Assembly: GCF_006345805.1 (NCBI RefSeq)
Contig: NC_042999.1
Span: 111,600,001 to 111,664,000, forward strand
Direction: 5' to 3'
DNA from: Octopus sinensis
Taxonomy: Eukaryota
DNA: 64,000 bases
In this document: piece by piece, positions 1 through 13,075 of the stretch
How the letters are laid out: each line of letters begins with the position of its first letter
Position numbering within the stretch: position 1 is the stretch's first letter
The notes under the pieces: generated by a model
What the model was told of the DNA's origin: nothing
Databases searched by the model: none
What the model saw: only the letters and a program-made list of their open reading frames with translations
Program-made: the position numbers and the translations under genes

Positions 1-234
1 AATAATAATAATAATAATAAAGATAGAAATATATATTTTTTATCCAGTTGAAGGTTTTCTTGAAAGGCGAAACTGTAAAATGCATGTTATACTAAATGGT
101 GCCAGTTTTTAGGTGGAAAAGTCAAATTCAAATGCCAAAGTCAATGTTACACCCATACGGTATTTTTCACTCCACATTTTATACTTCATGGCATGTCTGC
201 AGGGATTTAAAAGCTCCTATCTTTGATTCAGTGT

Positions 235-510
235 TTATTTATCCTGGAACAGGATGAAAAACTTTTCAGTCAGGTACAAATTGCACAGCATTGGGCTTCT
301 GTATGCTCCATGTTTATATGGTTCTGTTTTCTCTGTTAAGCTGATTTTGAAAATACGAGTATCATTTTCTTTCAATTGCCGCACTTGTTTAGCGTGACTC
401 GTTGCTGTCCTATTTTCAGGGTATCGAAATGAATTTCCATAAGAATATAATCTAGTCTTGAAGGAATTTTCTGAGTTTCTCGTATATGTTTTGTATTCTT
501 GTGAGCCCAT
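235..510 (-). pseudogene. GIY-YIG endonuclease fragment of PLE
   Basis: ORF-track peptide ENSFKTRLYSYGNSFRYPENRTATSHAKQVRQLKE..PYKHG..CNLYLTEKFFI follows the PLE endonuclease pattern FKxRxxxHxxSF..ATxLSK..W.LK..PY..CxLCLxEK. Confidence 0.75.
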
Positions 511-1109
511 CTATCTGTACCTTATCTCCATATACTATTCCTTTCTATAGACAATTCCCTCCTAACGGACAGCAACTTAGTTCTTTACAATTGCATTTCT
601 TATTATTTCCGGCAGTGTGGTCATCTCTAAGGGCTTTTGCGATGTGCTGGTTAATTAAAGAGGCAAAGCTCTTGCAACAAGAATAGCTAACCTTCAGTGT
701 CCTCCTATTAAAAATTTTATAGAACTTATGGTTTACTTGAAAGTGCTCAGAAACTTGTTTTAAGAATATCCTACTATAATGCTAAATGTCGGGTTAAACC
801 ACAAAGCTTTTCTAGTTCTAGTTCTACATGCCCTATCATTGTTAGTTGTGCTTTGACTATACTGGATTTTCTCCGAGAATCCACTATTCCTTAAAGCATT
901 ATTATAATACGGCGCGGCATTCTGAAGCGCTGTTTCATCTGAAGATATGGATGATATGCACCTTTCTGTATTACTAACAAGATTCTTTAGTATTACGAGT
1001 GGATGATTTGAATTTTTCTTAATATAATATAGCTTTACATTAGGCTTACAGTAGGGTTTAAATTTATCTACTTACAAATCTAAGTTAGTATCTAAAAAAT
1101 TTATATTAT

Positions 1110-1612
1110 TTAGGTTAGTTTGTATCGGTATTCATAAGCTATTCTTTGGAAGAATGTAATGAGATTCTTCCTTAATCTATCTAACTCATGGCCGTTCATA
1201 TTTCGGGTGACTATAAGACCGTCATCTCTGTATAATCTTGCATCTATAAAAGGGAATCCCAGATGCAGGTTGTGCAAAATATAAGCTCCTATAAGCATAC
1301 ATAACTCTGCCACGTCATATGCATCCATAGGCACATCGAATCCTCGCTCTTTTTAACCCAGGTGAATTCGTCGTAAAAGAGGAGGGATTTCTTTGCATGC
1401 AAGATAATATCTATATCCGAACTGACGATGGTGACGTATTGTTTGGCGAAGTCTAATGCTTTATGAAGTAAAGGCCTGGATATTGACGGGTAAAAGTCGA
1501 CAATATCGAACTGCGTAAATTTATAGTTATATTTACGGCTAATCCCCTTGAACCAAACTATAGCTGACTTACTGTTTCCCCAAATCCGTAAAATTAATTT
1601 CCTATTTAACAT
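1110..1612 (-). pseudogene. Reverse transcriptase fragments of PLE
   Basis: FDIVDFYPSI, then after a frameshift MDAYDVAELCMLIG (degenerate MGSYDGAEVCELVG) and LYRDDGL. Confidence 0.8.
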
Positions 1613-2199
1613 GTTTAAAATAGAATCTAAGATATTTTTTACTAATAATACCTATTTCTGTTTTAGCTGGGTTGATTAGGCTACATTTAAGGTTTCTACT
1701 GAAATTTACTTTGTGGTTCTTAAGGGTAATAAACGGTTGGCATGGGGGAAGGCATTCTATCCTATCACTAACTTTAAGATTGGTAGCGATTCATCTTGCT
1801 TTGATATTCACATCTTTATCTAAGTTAGTGTTAGCTTTTTTGTAGGTGTCTGTAATACTATTAGAAAGAAGCCGTTTGTAAAGATCTTTTTCAATCGCGT
1901 ATATGTTTTTTTTTTTTTGTTTTATCGGAGTTTACAAAAAATCTTATCCGAATTCTTTATACTTCTAATACTATCAATTATAGTTCTCTCGAGCAAATTG
2001 GGGATTTTACGGAATTTTATCCATCTTATAAGTTTTAACAGGTCTCTTTCAAAAGTTTCTAATTCTAAAGTAGATGGTGGGTTTTTTGGAAAATTTAAGG
2101 CCATACTTGTTTCTGTTATTCTATTTTTTTATTATGATTACTTGATTATTTTGCTTTCATTGCATCTATTTTTTTTTGCATGTCCTTCTAACTTACAGC

Positions 2200-2720
2200 T
2201 ATGTTGAAACAGGTGATACAGGAGAGTGCAGCATTGATGACAAAATATTTGTGGAGTAAACGATGGGCTAATCCAACTAAGCGACTTGTCATTCTTCCGT
2301 TTGGAATATTCCAGGCCCTAACCAGTAATGGAAAATTGTGGGTGGCGTGGTTTGTGATTTTTGAACGCGCCGAAAAGCTGTCATTGGATATACTCTTCTT
2401 TGCGGGAGTCGGCGCTGCCTCTAAGAGGACCCATCGTCTGAATCCTGATCTCGCTTCTGTCTTGAGACTCCATTTGGCGTGCTGCAGCATGCCTTTGCTG
2501 AGCTTGGGAAAGTATCATCTCTCTTCCTTCTTGAGATTCCATTTGATGTACAGCAGCATACCTTTGCTGGTCTTGGGAAAGTTTCATCTCTCTTCTGCAG
2601 CATGCTTTTGCTGAACTTCAGAAAGTCACATTTTGCTTCTGTCTTGAGATTCCATTTGATGTGCTGCAGCATGTGTTTGCTGATCTTGAGAAAGACTCCT
2701 TTTCTCTCTTGAGACCCTTG
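2200..2720 (-). mobile_element. Possible Helitron Rep/helicase N-terminal relic
   Basis: 23-aa repeat LSQDQQRHAAARQMESQDRSE followed, in the same frame through two stops, by GLEY..ISPSFTPQIFCHQC. This resembles the R/E/Q-rich repeats and CxxC motif at RepHel N-termini. Assignment is by recall only. Confidence 0.45.
2456..2706. repeat. 69-bp degenerate tandem repeat, ~3.6 copies
   Basis: CTTGAGA(C/T)TCCATTTG..GCAGCAT..CTTTGCTG recurs at 2461, 2530 and 2643, with one partial 44-bp unit between the last two. Confidence 0.85.
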
Positions 2721-2877
2721 GCTTCGGTTTTCTACAATCTTCCTTGCTTTATGCTTCTTTCTGGAAAGACTACGTCAAGTTTTTGGCAGCATACTTTTTT
2801 TCAAAATTGTGAACCAAAATTTATGAACATAGAAGAAATTATACAGTAATCTCTATTATTGCATATATATTATTGAG

Positions 2878-2880
<3 letters not shown>

Positions 2881-2961
<81 letters not shown>

Positions 2962-3033
2962 ATAATATATTATATTATATTATACAAATAAAACATATAT
3001 ATGCATATATACATACCTACATATATATGTATA

Positions 3034-3095
<62 letters not shown>
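2881..3095. repeat. (TA)n microsatellite tracts
   Basis: Direct inspection. Representative of dozens of similar (TA)n/(CA)n tracts across the window. Confidence 0.95.
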
Positions 3096-3100
<5 letters not shown>

Positions 3101-3329
3101 GTGGACACAGGACGTCACAGAACGTAAACAACATAAAATAGGAAAACATGAAATACGAAATATATATATACATACATACATACTTACATATATTTATTTA
3201 CCATCAGGGCTACAGGGAAAGCTACTAAAAGTATGCTATAATTGTGGTCCAACCGATGTGTTTGGTAATCTGTGGTTTTCTCCATTTTCTAATTACTTAC
3301 GTTGGTTCCTGATATACTCTTGTTTATCC

Positions 3330-4487
3330 TGTTGTTACCTGCACATGCAATAACCTTCCTTACGAACTGATACATTGAATTTTTCAAGGTGATGATATCC
3401 TCTTGTGTCATGCTTTGAGCGGCATTACAATAGTATCCCAGAGGGCAACTTTATCTGAAAACTGTCGTCCATCTTGGTAAATGCGACTCTTCAGAACACT
3501 CGACAGGTTCTCGATCGGGTTTAAGTCTGGAGAACAAGGTGGCTATTCCACCAAACGAACGTCAGAGAAGCTTAGAATTTTTCGCAACATGAGACAGGGC
3601 ATTATCTTGAATAAACACTAGCTTTCTCCAGAAAGAAAGTTTTTGATTTTTGAACCACGGTTGGAAATTGTCCTTTAAGAAGGCAACATATGATTTCAAT
3701 GTCATCTTAATGCCATCTGGAACTTTTGATGGTCAGGACATCATACCACCAATGACGCCAGCTCAACACTTGACCCCCACCTCTCCCCTGTTTGCGTCTC
3801 AAACGATGAGAACAGTTCCTGCTGATTGATACCCAATCTTGTAGCACTGCATTCATCAGTGTACAGAACTGTTAAAAAATCTATTTTCATGTATTCTTCT
3901 GCCCATTTCAGTCTCTTCTGCTTATGAAAAGCCTTCAGTGGGGGTCTTGGAGTAGGTTTAACATTCCTGGCTACCTGCTTTAAGAAGCGCCACCTGGTAG
4001 TTTCCGATACCTCTTCCCTGCCACAACGTTTAAAGACTTCTCTACTTGTCAGACATGGGTTCCGCACAACTTCCCTTTTCACACGTGACAAAATACGATT
4101 CAAAGCAACCCTCAACTTGCCCTTATGTGCAGTGTCCCATTTCTTCAGTTTCGGTGATCCATTCCTTGTATTTTGGATATTTCTATGGTTGTTTTTCCTT
4201 TTCCAAGCTCTGACACGTTGGTAAACCTCTAATTCGAGGTAAGATCCCCTTTCTGACCCATAATGACAATTAAATTGGGCACCTACCTAATAATTTCGGA
4301 TAGCAAAAATGTTGCTGCTATATGATAACGACTACTGTTTGTTTTCGTCTGCGCAGATCCAATTTATTTTAACAGAATGTGCGCAGATAGGTATTGCCAA
4401 CAGTCAGTGGGAAACAACTGATTCTGAACAAATATACCTTTATTTATTGAGAGAAGATTGATATGTCTAATAATGTGGGACGCAGTG
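3330..4487 (-). mobile_element. Tc1-family DNA transposon relic (one TIR visible)
   Basis: ORF 3741-4115 has an HTH-like region and RLKWAEEY..VLYTDE. Downstream are VFIQDNALSH (~3585-3617) and *PPCSPDLNPIENL (~3500-3546). The element end reads TA|CACTGCGTCCCACATTATTAGACA on the minus strand at 4487. The matching second TIR was not found. Confidence 0.85.
3741..4115 (-). pseudogene. Tc1 transposase fragment
   Basis: RNPCLTSREVF..VSETTRWRFL..RPPLKAFHKQKRLKWAEEY..TVLYTDE. Confidence 0.85.
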
Positions 4488-4559
4488 TATATATCTGTCT
4501 CTGTGTCCCTCTATCTGTCCATCAGTATGTATATGCACGAACATAAAACTACTTGACTA

Positions 4560-4850
4560 AGTATTAATCTTCCTTTCTCCTTCTACTTTCTTTTTCCCCT
4601 AAGCAGTTATGACAGCGATAGCTGATTTTATCTAAACTGGAACGCAGGATTCCCACGTTTATATTTTAATTTTTTTGCGTTTCTATAATATTATTTGCTT
4701 TTATTCATTCTCTAACTTGATAACAACAAGCCAGCCGCCACTAAAAATCTCTTTATCAATGTACCTGAAGAGACCCAGACTGATGGATCGAAACATATGT
4801 TATACTTAATAAAAATCTAATACGAAATCCATCTCCTATTAATTATACTA
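4560..4850 (+). mobile_element. Probable PLE terminal-repeat (pLTR) fragment with hammerhead-like motif
   Basis: CTGAAGA-GACCC..GGATC-GAAAC-ATAT-GTT at 4765-4801, preceded by pyrimidine-rich sequence and followed by AATAAA. Confidence 0.4.
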
Positions 4851-4891
4851 TACATACATATACATACAGTATGTATATATATATATATAAT

Positions 4892-5243
<352 letters not shown>

Positions 5244-5907
5244 ATATATATGTATATGTATATATATATATGCATATACATATATACACATATATACATG
5301 TACATATATACACGTGACTATGTGTATAGGTATGTGTATATACATGTGTGTGTATGTGTATAAAGAAACGTGATCTCGCTCATATTAATGCAAAACCTAC
5401 GCATAATTCCTTGTATAGTGAAATTGTTACTGCATGAAATAAGTTGCAAAAAGGCCGTAATTCCATGGATGTTACGTGGTTAAATATATTTACTTCTGAT
5501 ACCTCTTTACTTTATGTCTATATTTCCCCCTCAGAATAATATTATCATTTGCTTTTTTTCTGGACTTTCAATTACATGGGTAGATTACATTGTACTACTT
5601 TATAATTAATTACTCTGTGGCCTGATGACCAATCCGCACGAGATTATTGCGATAGCCACATGATTTTCTGAATCCATATTTTATACTACTCATGTGTGTG
5701 TGTGTGTGTGGACGCCTCTGATGAGAACCCAATAAAGTTGGAAAACTGATTGAGGTTGTTCATCATTTTTAACGGAGCTATGAGCTGAAACTACAGCAAA
5801 AAAAAAAGAAATTATATACACTACACACATATGTAAATACATACATATATACATATATCTTATATATATATATATATGCGTATATATATAATATATATAT
5901 GTATATG

Positions 5908-6000
<93 letters not shown>

Positions 6001-6040
6001 ATATATATATATATATGTATGTATATATATGTATATATAC

Positions 6041-6135
6041 ACTGCCAGATCTGACTGGCCTGGTGCAGCCTTCGGGCTTCCCAGACCCCAGTTGAACCGT
6101 CCAACCCATGGTAGCATGGAAAGCGGACGTTAAAC

Positions 6136-6168
<33 letters not shown>
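6041..6168 (+). mobile_element. RTE-clade LINE 3' end with (GAT)n tail, 5'-truncated
   Basis: CCAACCCATGGTAGCATGGAAAGCGGACGTTAAA followed directly by (GAT)n, typical of RTE 3' termini (recall). Confidence 0.6.
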
Positions 6169-6946
6169 ATATATATATATATATATATTTGCATATACAT
6201 ACATGTGTGTTTGTATAAAAGTTGTTATGTCCTTGCTGCATTTGACAAACATTTTCAAGCCAGTATTATTCTAGTGGTAGTTCTCTCTTGGGAAATATTT
6301 TCCATCAGCTGTACTCAAGACGGAAGAGGAAAAAAATGTCTCAACAAGATGGTCCAGGTTTTTGTGCAATACCCTAAAAGCTCTTGGAGGCCACAGTTTG
6401 GTATCATAGCATTGTAGCACAAATTGCTTTTAGCATAGGATAATCCAATGACGAAATCAAAGAATTACGCCGCGATATCACACCAAATAAACTTTTGTAT
6501 GAAGACAACGTAAATTATATACGTATAAATGTAAGCACACCTCTATCCGTATGCGCGCGTGCTCGTGTGCTTCTATAATTGAGTGTGTGTGTTTTTTTGC
6601 GTGCTTTTATGTCTTTGTATGTCTCTATGCTTGTGAACATACTTTACGTAAAGTTTTGAAAATGTGTTTTAATATATATACTATATTTATTTTAGTAAAA
6701 TTGAACTTTGTCTGTAGTATATTGACAAATGTCAGTTTACTTACAGCAAAGCAGCATTGTAAAAGATTATCCATCTGAAAGGTGTTTACCAAAACACTAC
6801 GACATGACTGCTGCCATAATGAATATATCACCAAAGATTTCTGAAAGCCCGAACAAAAGGTTTTTTGCATGCATATTAATATACACGTGCGCACACATAA
6901 GCACACACCACACACACACACACCACACACACACACACACACATAC

Positions 6947-6995
<49 letters not shown>

Positions 6996-7047
6996 GTATA
7001 TATAACATATACATATATATATATGTATATATATATTATACATATAT

Positions 7048-7081
<34 letters not shown>

Positions 7082-8271
7082 ATATATATATATATACACA
7101 TATATATATACACACAGATATACGTTAGGGGAGGAAAGTTCATAAGTTTACATCATATCTGAGTTCAATATTTTGGAATATCTAATTAATGTATTAAGTC
7201 CATTTTTTAACCATTTGATAACAACAGACTGTCGCTAATCCATATTGCACATATATACATATGACGCCTACTCATTTAGGTATGTGCATTTATATATGTG
7301 TGTGTGTGTGTGTGTGTCTATGAATGTATGTGCCCACTCTGCTATACAATATAAACAGCTACATTGAATTTTTGTTATGCCACATTAATGTATGCGAATG
7401 CCGTCTGAAAATCTACGTTTTGTAAGATTTACACCGAAGCTACTGAGAAACCCATGGCTTCTCTGATATATTGTATAGTGAGATCGAAACCACAATCACA
7501 GTATTCTGAAGCAATCATCAAAACTAGAGAGCCATACGAAGAATAACAGGGAACATATGTAGACACGATACATACAATACATGCTCTTTTTCTCATGTTT
7601 ATACTTTTTTCACTACTATTCCATTACTTCTTCTTGTATACTTTGTTTATTCTAAGTTAATTTAAAGTTAATACCTCTTTGCTCTACGAATTTATCCAGG
7701 GAAAGCAAAATGAAAAGTGAGATAACATTGGAGTTTTGATGTGATGTTTTCATGTCCTCAAAAACAAAAAACAAAAGGACTGGAAAACGCATAGCTCAGT
7801 GTAAACAATGGTGTGTGCTCGATCAATCGAGATAATCCATATGGAAATGTTTGCTGGTTTTTGGAACCGTGAATGTCACGAATCAACAAAGAGAGTAGTC
7901 GTACCATATGCTTGTTTACTAGCTGTTACCCACAGTACGTAAGTCTAAATGACACTAGTATCAGAGAGATATTGCTACAGACTTTTTTGACACTTGGTTT
8001 TTACGCTACATTTACGTAACAGCACAGACAGGTGGTGAGCGTGGGGATAATGGACTACAATTTGTGGTCAAGTGGAGTTTGTATGTAAATAGAATTCAGA
8101 TCCTAATAGACCTTAAAGTCTATACCGAAGCTATACCCTATTGAGGGAATGGAGAGGGTTTGAGAAAAATGAAGTAGCAGTGAGATACTGAGAAAATTTA
8201 ATCGTCTAATTCTCCAACCCCCAAGGTCTTTTGTCTATGATAGAAACCATTATCGTTATTGTTACAGTGAA

Positions 8272-8492
8272 GGCGGTGATCTGATGGAATCGTTTAGGAC
8301 GCCGGACGAAATGCTTAGTGGCATTTCTCCAGGTTTTACGTTTAAATCCTGGCGAGGTTAACTTCATTTTGTTATCCTTTCGTGGTCGATGAAATAAAAT
8401 ACCAACCAAGTACTGTAGTTGACGTAAATGCATAATCCCTTCCCCAAAAAGTAACTTCAGGCCTTGTGCCTATATTAGACACGATTATTATT
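8272..8492 (+). mobile_element. tRNA-derived SINE family B, full-length degenerate copy
   Basis: Aligns by eye with the reverse complement of the copies at 25943-26566 (GGCGGTGA..GAAATGCTTAG..ATCCTTTCG.GGTCGAT..GGCCTTGTGCC). Confidence 0.7.
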
Positions 8493-8504
8493 CTTTTGCT
8501 TTGT

Positions 8505-8662
8505 AGTTATGTGTTGCGTTCAAATACCGCCGAAAAGGCCTACCTCTTTCATCTTACGAAGCATTGATTAAATAATTATGCATCAACTTCGCAGATGGAG
8601 TTCATCGAATATACCTCAACGCCAAATGTCTGGCCTTATTTTCAAGTTAGAAATCATTATTG
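8505..8662 (+). mobile_element. SINE family B, 5'-truncated tandem copy
   Basis: GTTCAAATACCGCCGA..CTTTCATC..TGGCCTT, directly following the previous copy. Confidence 0.5.
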
Positions 8663-9189
8663 TTTTTACATTCTCTTTAATTAAAATATTAGATGATTAA
8701 TTATACAGGCAAAACCTACTTTATATACATAAACATATGCTTCCATACATACATACCTACATACATGCACTCATGCATAACTATATATATATATAAACAG
8801 GCAAACAGACAGACTGACAGAGAGCGGTCGACCTTACAGCAACTATGCTTGATAGTATGTGTCTCGGTACATTTCATTTAAGTTTGTGAAAATATATGTG
8901 ATAGGTGCATGAATGTTTTTATGTGAATCTCTATTTGTGCGTTTGGCTATATTGGTGAGAGTTTTTATATTTCTTTCTGCAAGCGAAACATAAATTTAGA
9001 ATTCAATGTATCACTTTAAACCGGGGGGCTTTCCGAATGTATGCTTGAAGTAAAGCAATAAAGATCATAAGGTAATGGTAGATATCGCCATCATCATCAT
9101 CATCAGCAGCAGCAGCAGTAGCAGTAGCTGCAACAGCAAGAGCAATAGCATTTTTCTATTATTGTATTCCCCTGTCATTACTTCACCAC

Positions 9190-9222
<33 letters not shown>

Positions 9223-10130
9223 AACCGTCACCATCATCATAGTATTTTTAGCCGTCATGGTTGTATCACTGATGTCTTCATCTTTGTCAAATTCAACATT
9301 TTTCGTTAACGTTATCACCATAAATGTCAGCTTCATTTTGACTAGAGGTCAAAGAGGTTGAGCTTGTGCTGTGTCTTGACCTGCAAGAAATAGCAGATTA
9401 TTTTCTCTTAAACAATCGTCTACCATATCTTTTTGTCATGAAAATATACTGAGAGGTTAGCCGATCATTATAGAAAGCATTTCCTGTGCACCTAGCGAGA
9501 TATCAATTTCTCTTAAACAGTGTCCGACTCCTACATCAAACAAGAGCTAATTTTCTACTTGGAACAATCACTTTTCGATATATAAATAACCGATTAGAAT
9601 TCTTATGACTTCGCCCACAGATCACTAACATTGATAACAGTTCATGGATTCAATTTTCTCTTTGTCACCCATCCTTTCACTACCCTTGAATTATGACGCC
9701 AAGTTTACACCTATAAATATTTTCCTCCCGATCATATCAAGTCACTATCACTCATTGTCAACGACCAAATCATTGTCACTACTTCTAACTCCTCCTCTCT
9801 CCTTTATACACACTCTCTACTCTTTTACACACACATGCTCACATAGTCTTCTACAAACTTACTTCGATACATTTACACATACACACACAAACTCTTCTAC
9901 ACATGTAACTCCCCAAACTTACATAATTATACACACATATATATAAAAACCCTCAACTACCTCATTCGCACTTAATTTTTACGCCATACATCTGACTATA
10001 GCCTTCAATCTAGCATCTCTGTTAGAAACCACTTACTGTCACCTAAATCCTTTCTACTGTCAGTTGTTATGCTGCCACTTACGTAAAACTATACATTTTC
10101 CCCTGTCTCTGTAGGAGAAAATTGTATAAT

Positions 10131-10345
10131 CTTTTACTTGTTTCAGTCATTTGACTACGGTCATGCTAGAGCACCGCGTTTAGTCGAATCAAATCGATCC
10201 AAGGACTTATTCTTTGGAAGCCTAGTACTTATTCTATCGGCCTCTTTTGCCGAACCGCTAGGTTACGGGGACCTAAACACACCAGCATCGGTTGTCAAGC
10301 GATGTTGGGGGGACAAACAAAGATACTCAACGTATACACACACAT

Positions 10346-10423
<78 letters not shown>

Positions 10424-10603
10424 TATATATATACATATATACGACGGGCTTCTTTCAGTTTCCGTCTACTAAATCCACTCACAAAGCATTGGCCGGCCCG
10501 AGACTATAGTAAAAGACACTTGCCCAAAGTGCTACGCAGTGGGACTGAACCTGAAACCATGTGGTTGGTAAGCAAGCTACTTACCACACAGCCACTCCTG
10601 CCC
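10131..10603 (-). mobile_element. tRNA-derived bipartite SINE family A, full length
   Basis: Minus strand starts GGGGCAGGAGTGGCTGTGTGG (A-box-like) and GGTTCAGTCCC (B-box-like), has an internal (TA)n/(TG)n tract and ends GACTGAAACAAGTAAAAG. At least eight near-identical copies are in the window. Confidence 0.9.
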
Positions 10604-10899
10604 CTGTGTGTGAGTTTATAATAGTTTTCTACTGCTCTTACACCTAAACTAGACAGACACACTTTGGAAAGTTCAATATTTCTTCCTTTCCGTCACAGCT
10701 TACTGTATGGAGTCTTTATTCCTGTATGTGTTTTGCTTTTGGTCGTGCTTAACCTTCCGAATACAACACTGAAATTACTAATATTTTGACAAAAAACTTC
10801 CGTCTCTTTCTTCGAAGGCTATATATTATTACATTGTCGCACCTAAACACAGATCTCCCTAAACTGCTCGGCGAGCTTTAACCAACAAGGAAACATGTA

Positions 10900-11260
10900 A
10901 ATTATCGTTCGATCAGTTGAAAATAGTATCGAAATTTCCTTCAAATCACACCCTACTTTTCTAAAATCTGTAAGATACAAAGAATGGACCAAGTGATCCT
11001 TTTTAACTACAATATATCTGAAAAAGATAAGCTGGTTGTGTCTAGAATGTTTTTTATGAATTGTCGGCGTGGTTATTTTTTATTGTTTGTCTATCCTGGG
11101 TGAATAAAGGAGTGATTCTCAACTTAGTCATACGATCTGCTCGAAATATAAGCTAAAACTCTATCCAAATCACACCTGACTGACTTCAAAAAGCGTGTGG
11201 CATACTGGATAATGTAGTCTTATAAACATTAACTCTGGTTTTAGACTAAAGATAAGCAAC
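10900..11260 (+). mobile_element. Old interspersed repeat, two degenerate tandem copies
   Basis: AAATCACACC and ATAATGTAGTC-like blocks recur here and, inverted, near 23620-23760 and 24990-25050. The 46262-46355 copy ends in a (CAA)n tail. Confidence 0.4.
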
Positions 11261-11529
11261 ACAAACAACAGTGCTACAAGAGTTATATATAAAGTGATAG
11301 CTGTGAATGAGAAAAGCTAGATTTTTGTTTTACTTGCCACATAGGAAAGACATGAACATCACCACAGACATTTTCTATACTACTTGGTGACTTGTTATAA
11401 TCATGAAGTGTCAAGCAAGGAACTCTATCTATCACGCATGTAATGGGGCAAATAAATATTCATTTTGATTTATTTAGAAATATTTATATACTTTTATGTT
11501 TCGGGTTTTCTCTTTGTACAGAGAAATTG

Positions 11530-11575
<46 letters not shown>

Positions 11576-11683
11576 CGCTTGTGCGTGCATACGTGCGCCC
11601 ATCTGTATGTATGTATATATGTATGTTTGTGTGTGCATGTATGTATACATGTGTGTGCGTACGTGCACATATGTGTGCATGGT

Positions 11684-11714
<31 letters not shown>

Positions 11715-12036
11715 ATTATATATGGTAATGTGAGTGTGTATAATTCTGAACGTATGATTGAAGGATATCAAGTTCCCATCTCATAATTTGTAATATAAAT
11801 CATTTTATATTTGATTTCTGACTTTTCTGGAATCCATGCATGTCAATTCAAATTTAAATGATCCATGATGGTAACATTAAAGCATGCATTTAACCTACTT
11901 ATTTTAACCTCCCCATGTGGTAATTCGACCTCTGTATATAATTGGTACATTTATAAAATATTTACATTTACATCAGTAATGGTAAGGAAAAATAATTTAG
12001 TTAAGCCATTAAAGCACCAATTGATTACATATAAAT

Positions 12037-12116
<80 letters not shown>

Positions 12117-12699
12117 TATATATGTATGTATATAATATATATATATATATATATATACTATAGAGAAATTTTAGTATTAGCCAGCATGTCGCTCTTTTCT
12201 CCGTGTTGCAATTCTCCTATCTTTCAGATATATATATATACATCCACGACTTTGACATGCTTATGTTGCTTGTTAGAAATAGTAGCTCTATTTACTTGCA
12301 ATTACACCGTGTTGTTTCAAATTAGGAATGCTTCATTGGTTATATAGTTATGACAATAAGAATAAGACGCGATAGTTACATATATAAATCTTGTCCTAAT
12401 GATTAGCAAGAAAAACATTTATATGAAAGTGAATGGCATATTGATCTCTAACTGCTCCCGTAATACCAGGCCTGAAAGTGCTAAAAATAGTTTCAATTTT
12501 AAGTATGAATTCAAATATATGATGACTGCTACTTCTTGTGAGAAGAGCACCATCGCTTTACTGAACTTTGCACGAGTTTTTTTCAGTCAAGATTTAATTC
12601 AGCAGGAATGCGCATAGATGTGACATCTATTTTCCTTCACAATAACAATGTACCGTGGTGCGTATGGCAGGAAAACTATCTCACAAGCAGCTCAATTTC

Positions 12700-13075
12700 T
12701 CCCTTGTTCATTTGGTTTTAGACGGCTGACAAAACAAGCCATTGAGAGAAGAAATCGTCCACAAACACTGCACCATCATTTCTGCTAAGTTTCTGCAGTC
12801 CTGCATTTGAGTCTTGCTTATGGAATGAATACTTGAAAGCAGCATGCTACATTCACTTTTGCTGAACGACGCCATACCAGCAGTTGGTGTTCTCTCTCCA
12901 TGATGTACAACCTTTAGACAATGACTTACATGTATCCAATTTGACTTCAAGAACTTTAATTTTGCACCTAAACACTTTCTAGGCTTTTGCTAAGGACCTT
13001 TTTCTCATAAAATATCTGCATGGCCTTCTTGTCGTCTCCCATCCTGCTGACGTAACTGGTCCAACTTATTCAAAT
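12700..13075 (-). mobile_element. RTE-BovB-like LINE, degenerate C-terminal coding relic
   Basis: SWTSYVSRMGDDKKAMQIFYE (cf. RWAGHVxRMxDxRxPKxIFYGE) at ~13005-13065, and CSVCGRFLLS (C-terminal CxxC) at ~12745-12772. Confidence 0.6.

Larger units (their letters stand above)
190..2190 (-). mobile_element. Degenerate Penelope-like retroelement (RT + GIY-YIG), frameshifted
   Basis: Minus-strand fragments occur in the expected order: LETFERDLLKLIRWIKFRK (1922-2104); FTQFDIVDFYPSISRPLLHKALDFAK (1289-1612); RLYRDDGL, a YxDD-type motif (1110-1334); FYKIFNRRTLKVSYSCC (~690-730); SFKTRLYSYGNSF..CNLYLTEK, GIY-YIG-like (235-510). Confidence 0.85.

Noticed and set aside
5690-6241. Long YI/IY/HT-rich ORFs here and at dozens of other positions
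   Set aside because: They are translations of (TA)n/(CA)n tracts, which lack stops in most frames.
7700-7938. Segment bounded by TTTATCCAG and GTAAGT as a coding exon
   Set aside because: All three frames contain early stops. It could only be a UTR exon, and nothing supports that.
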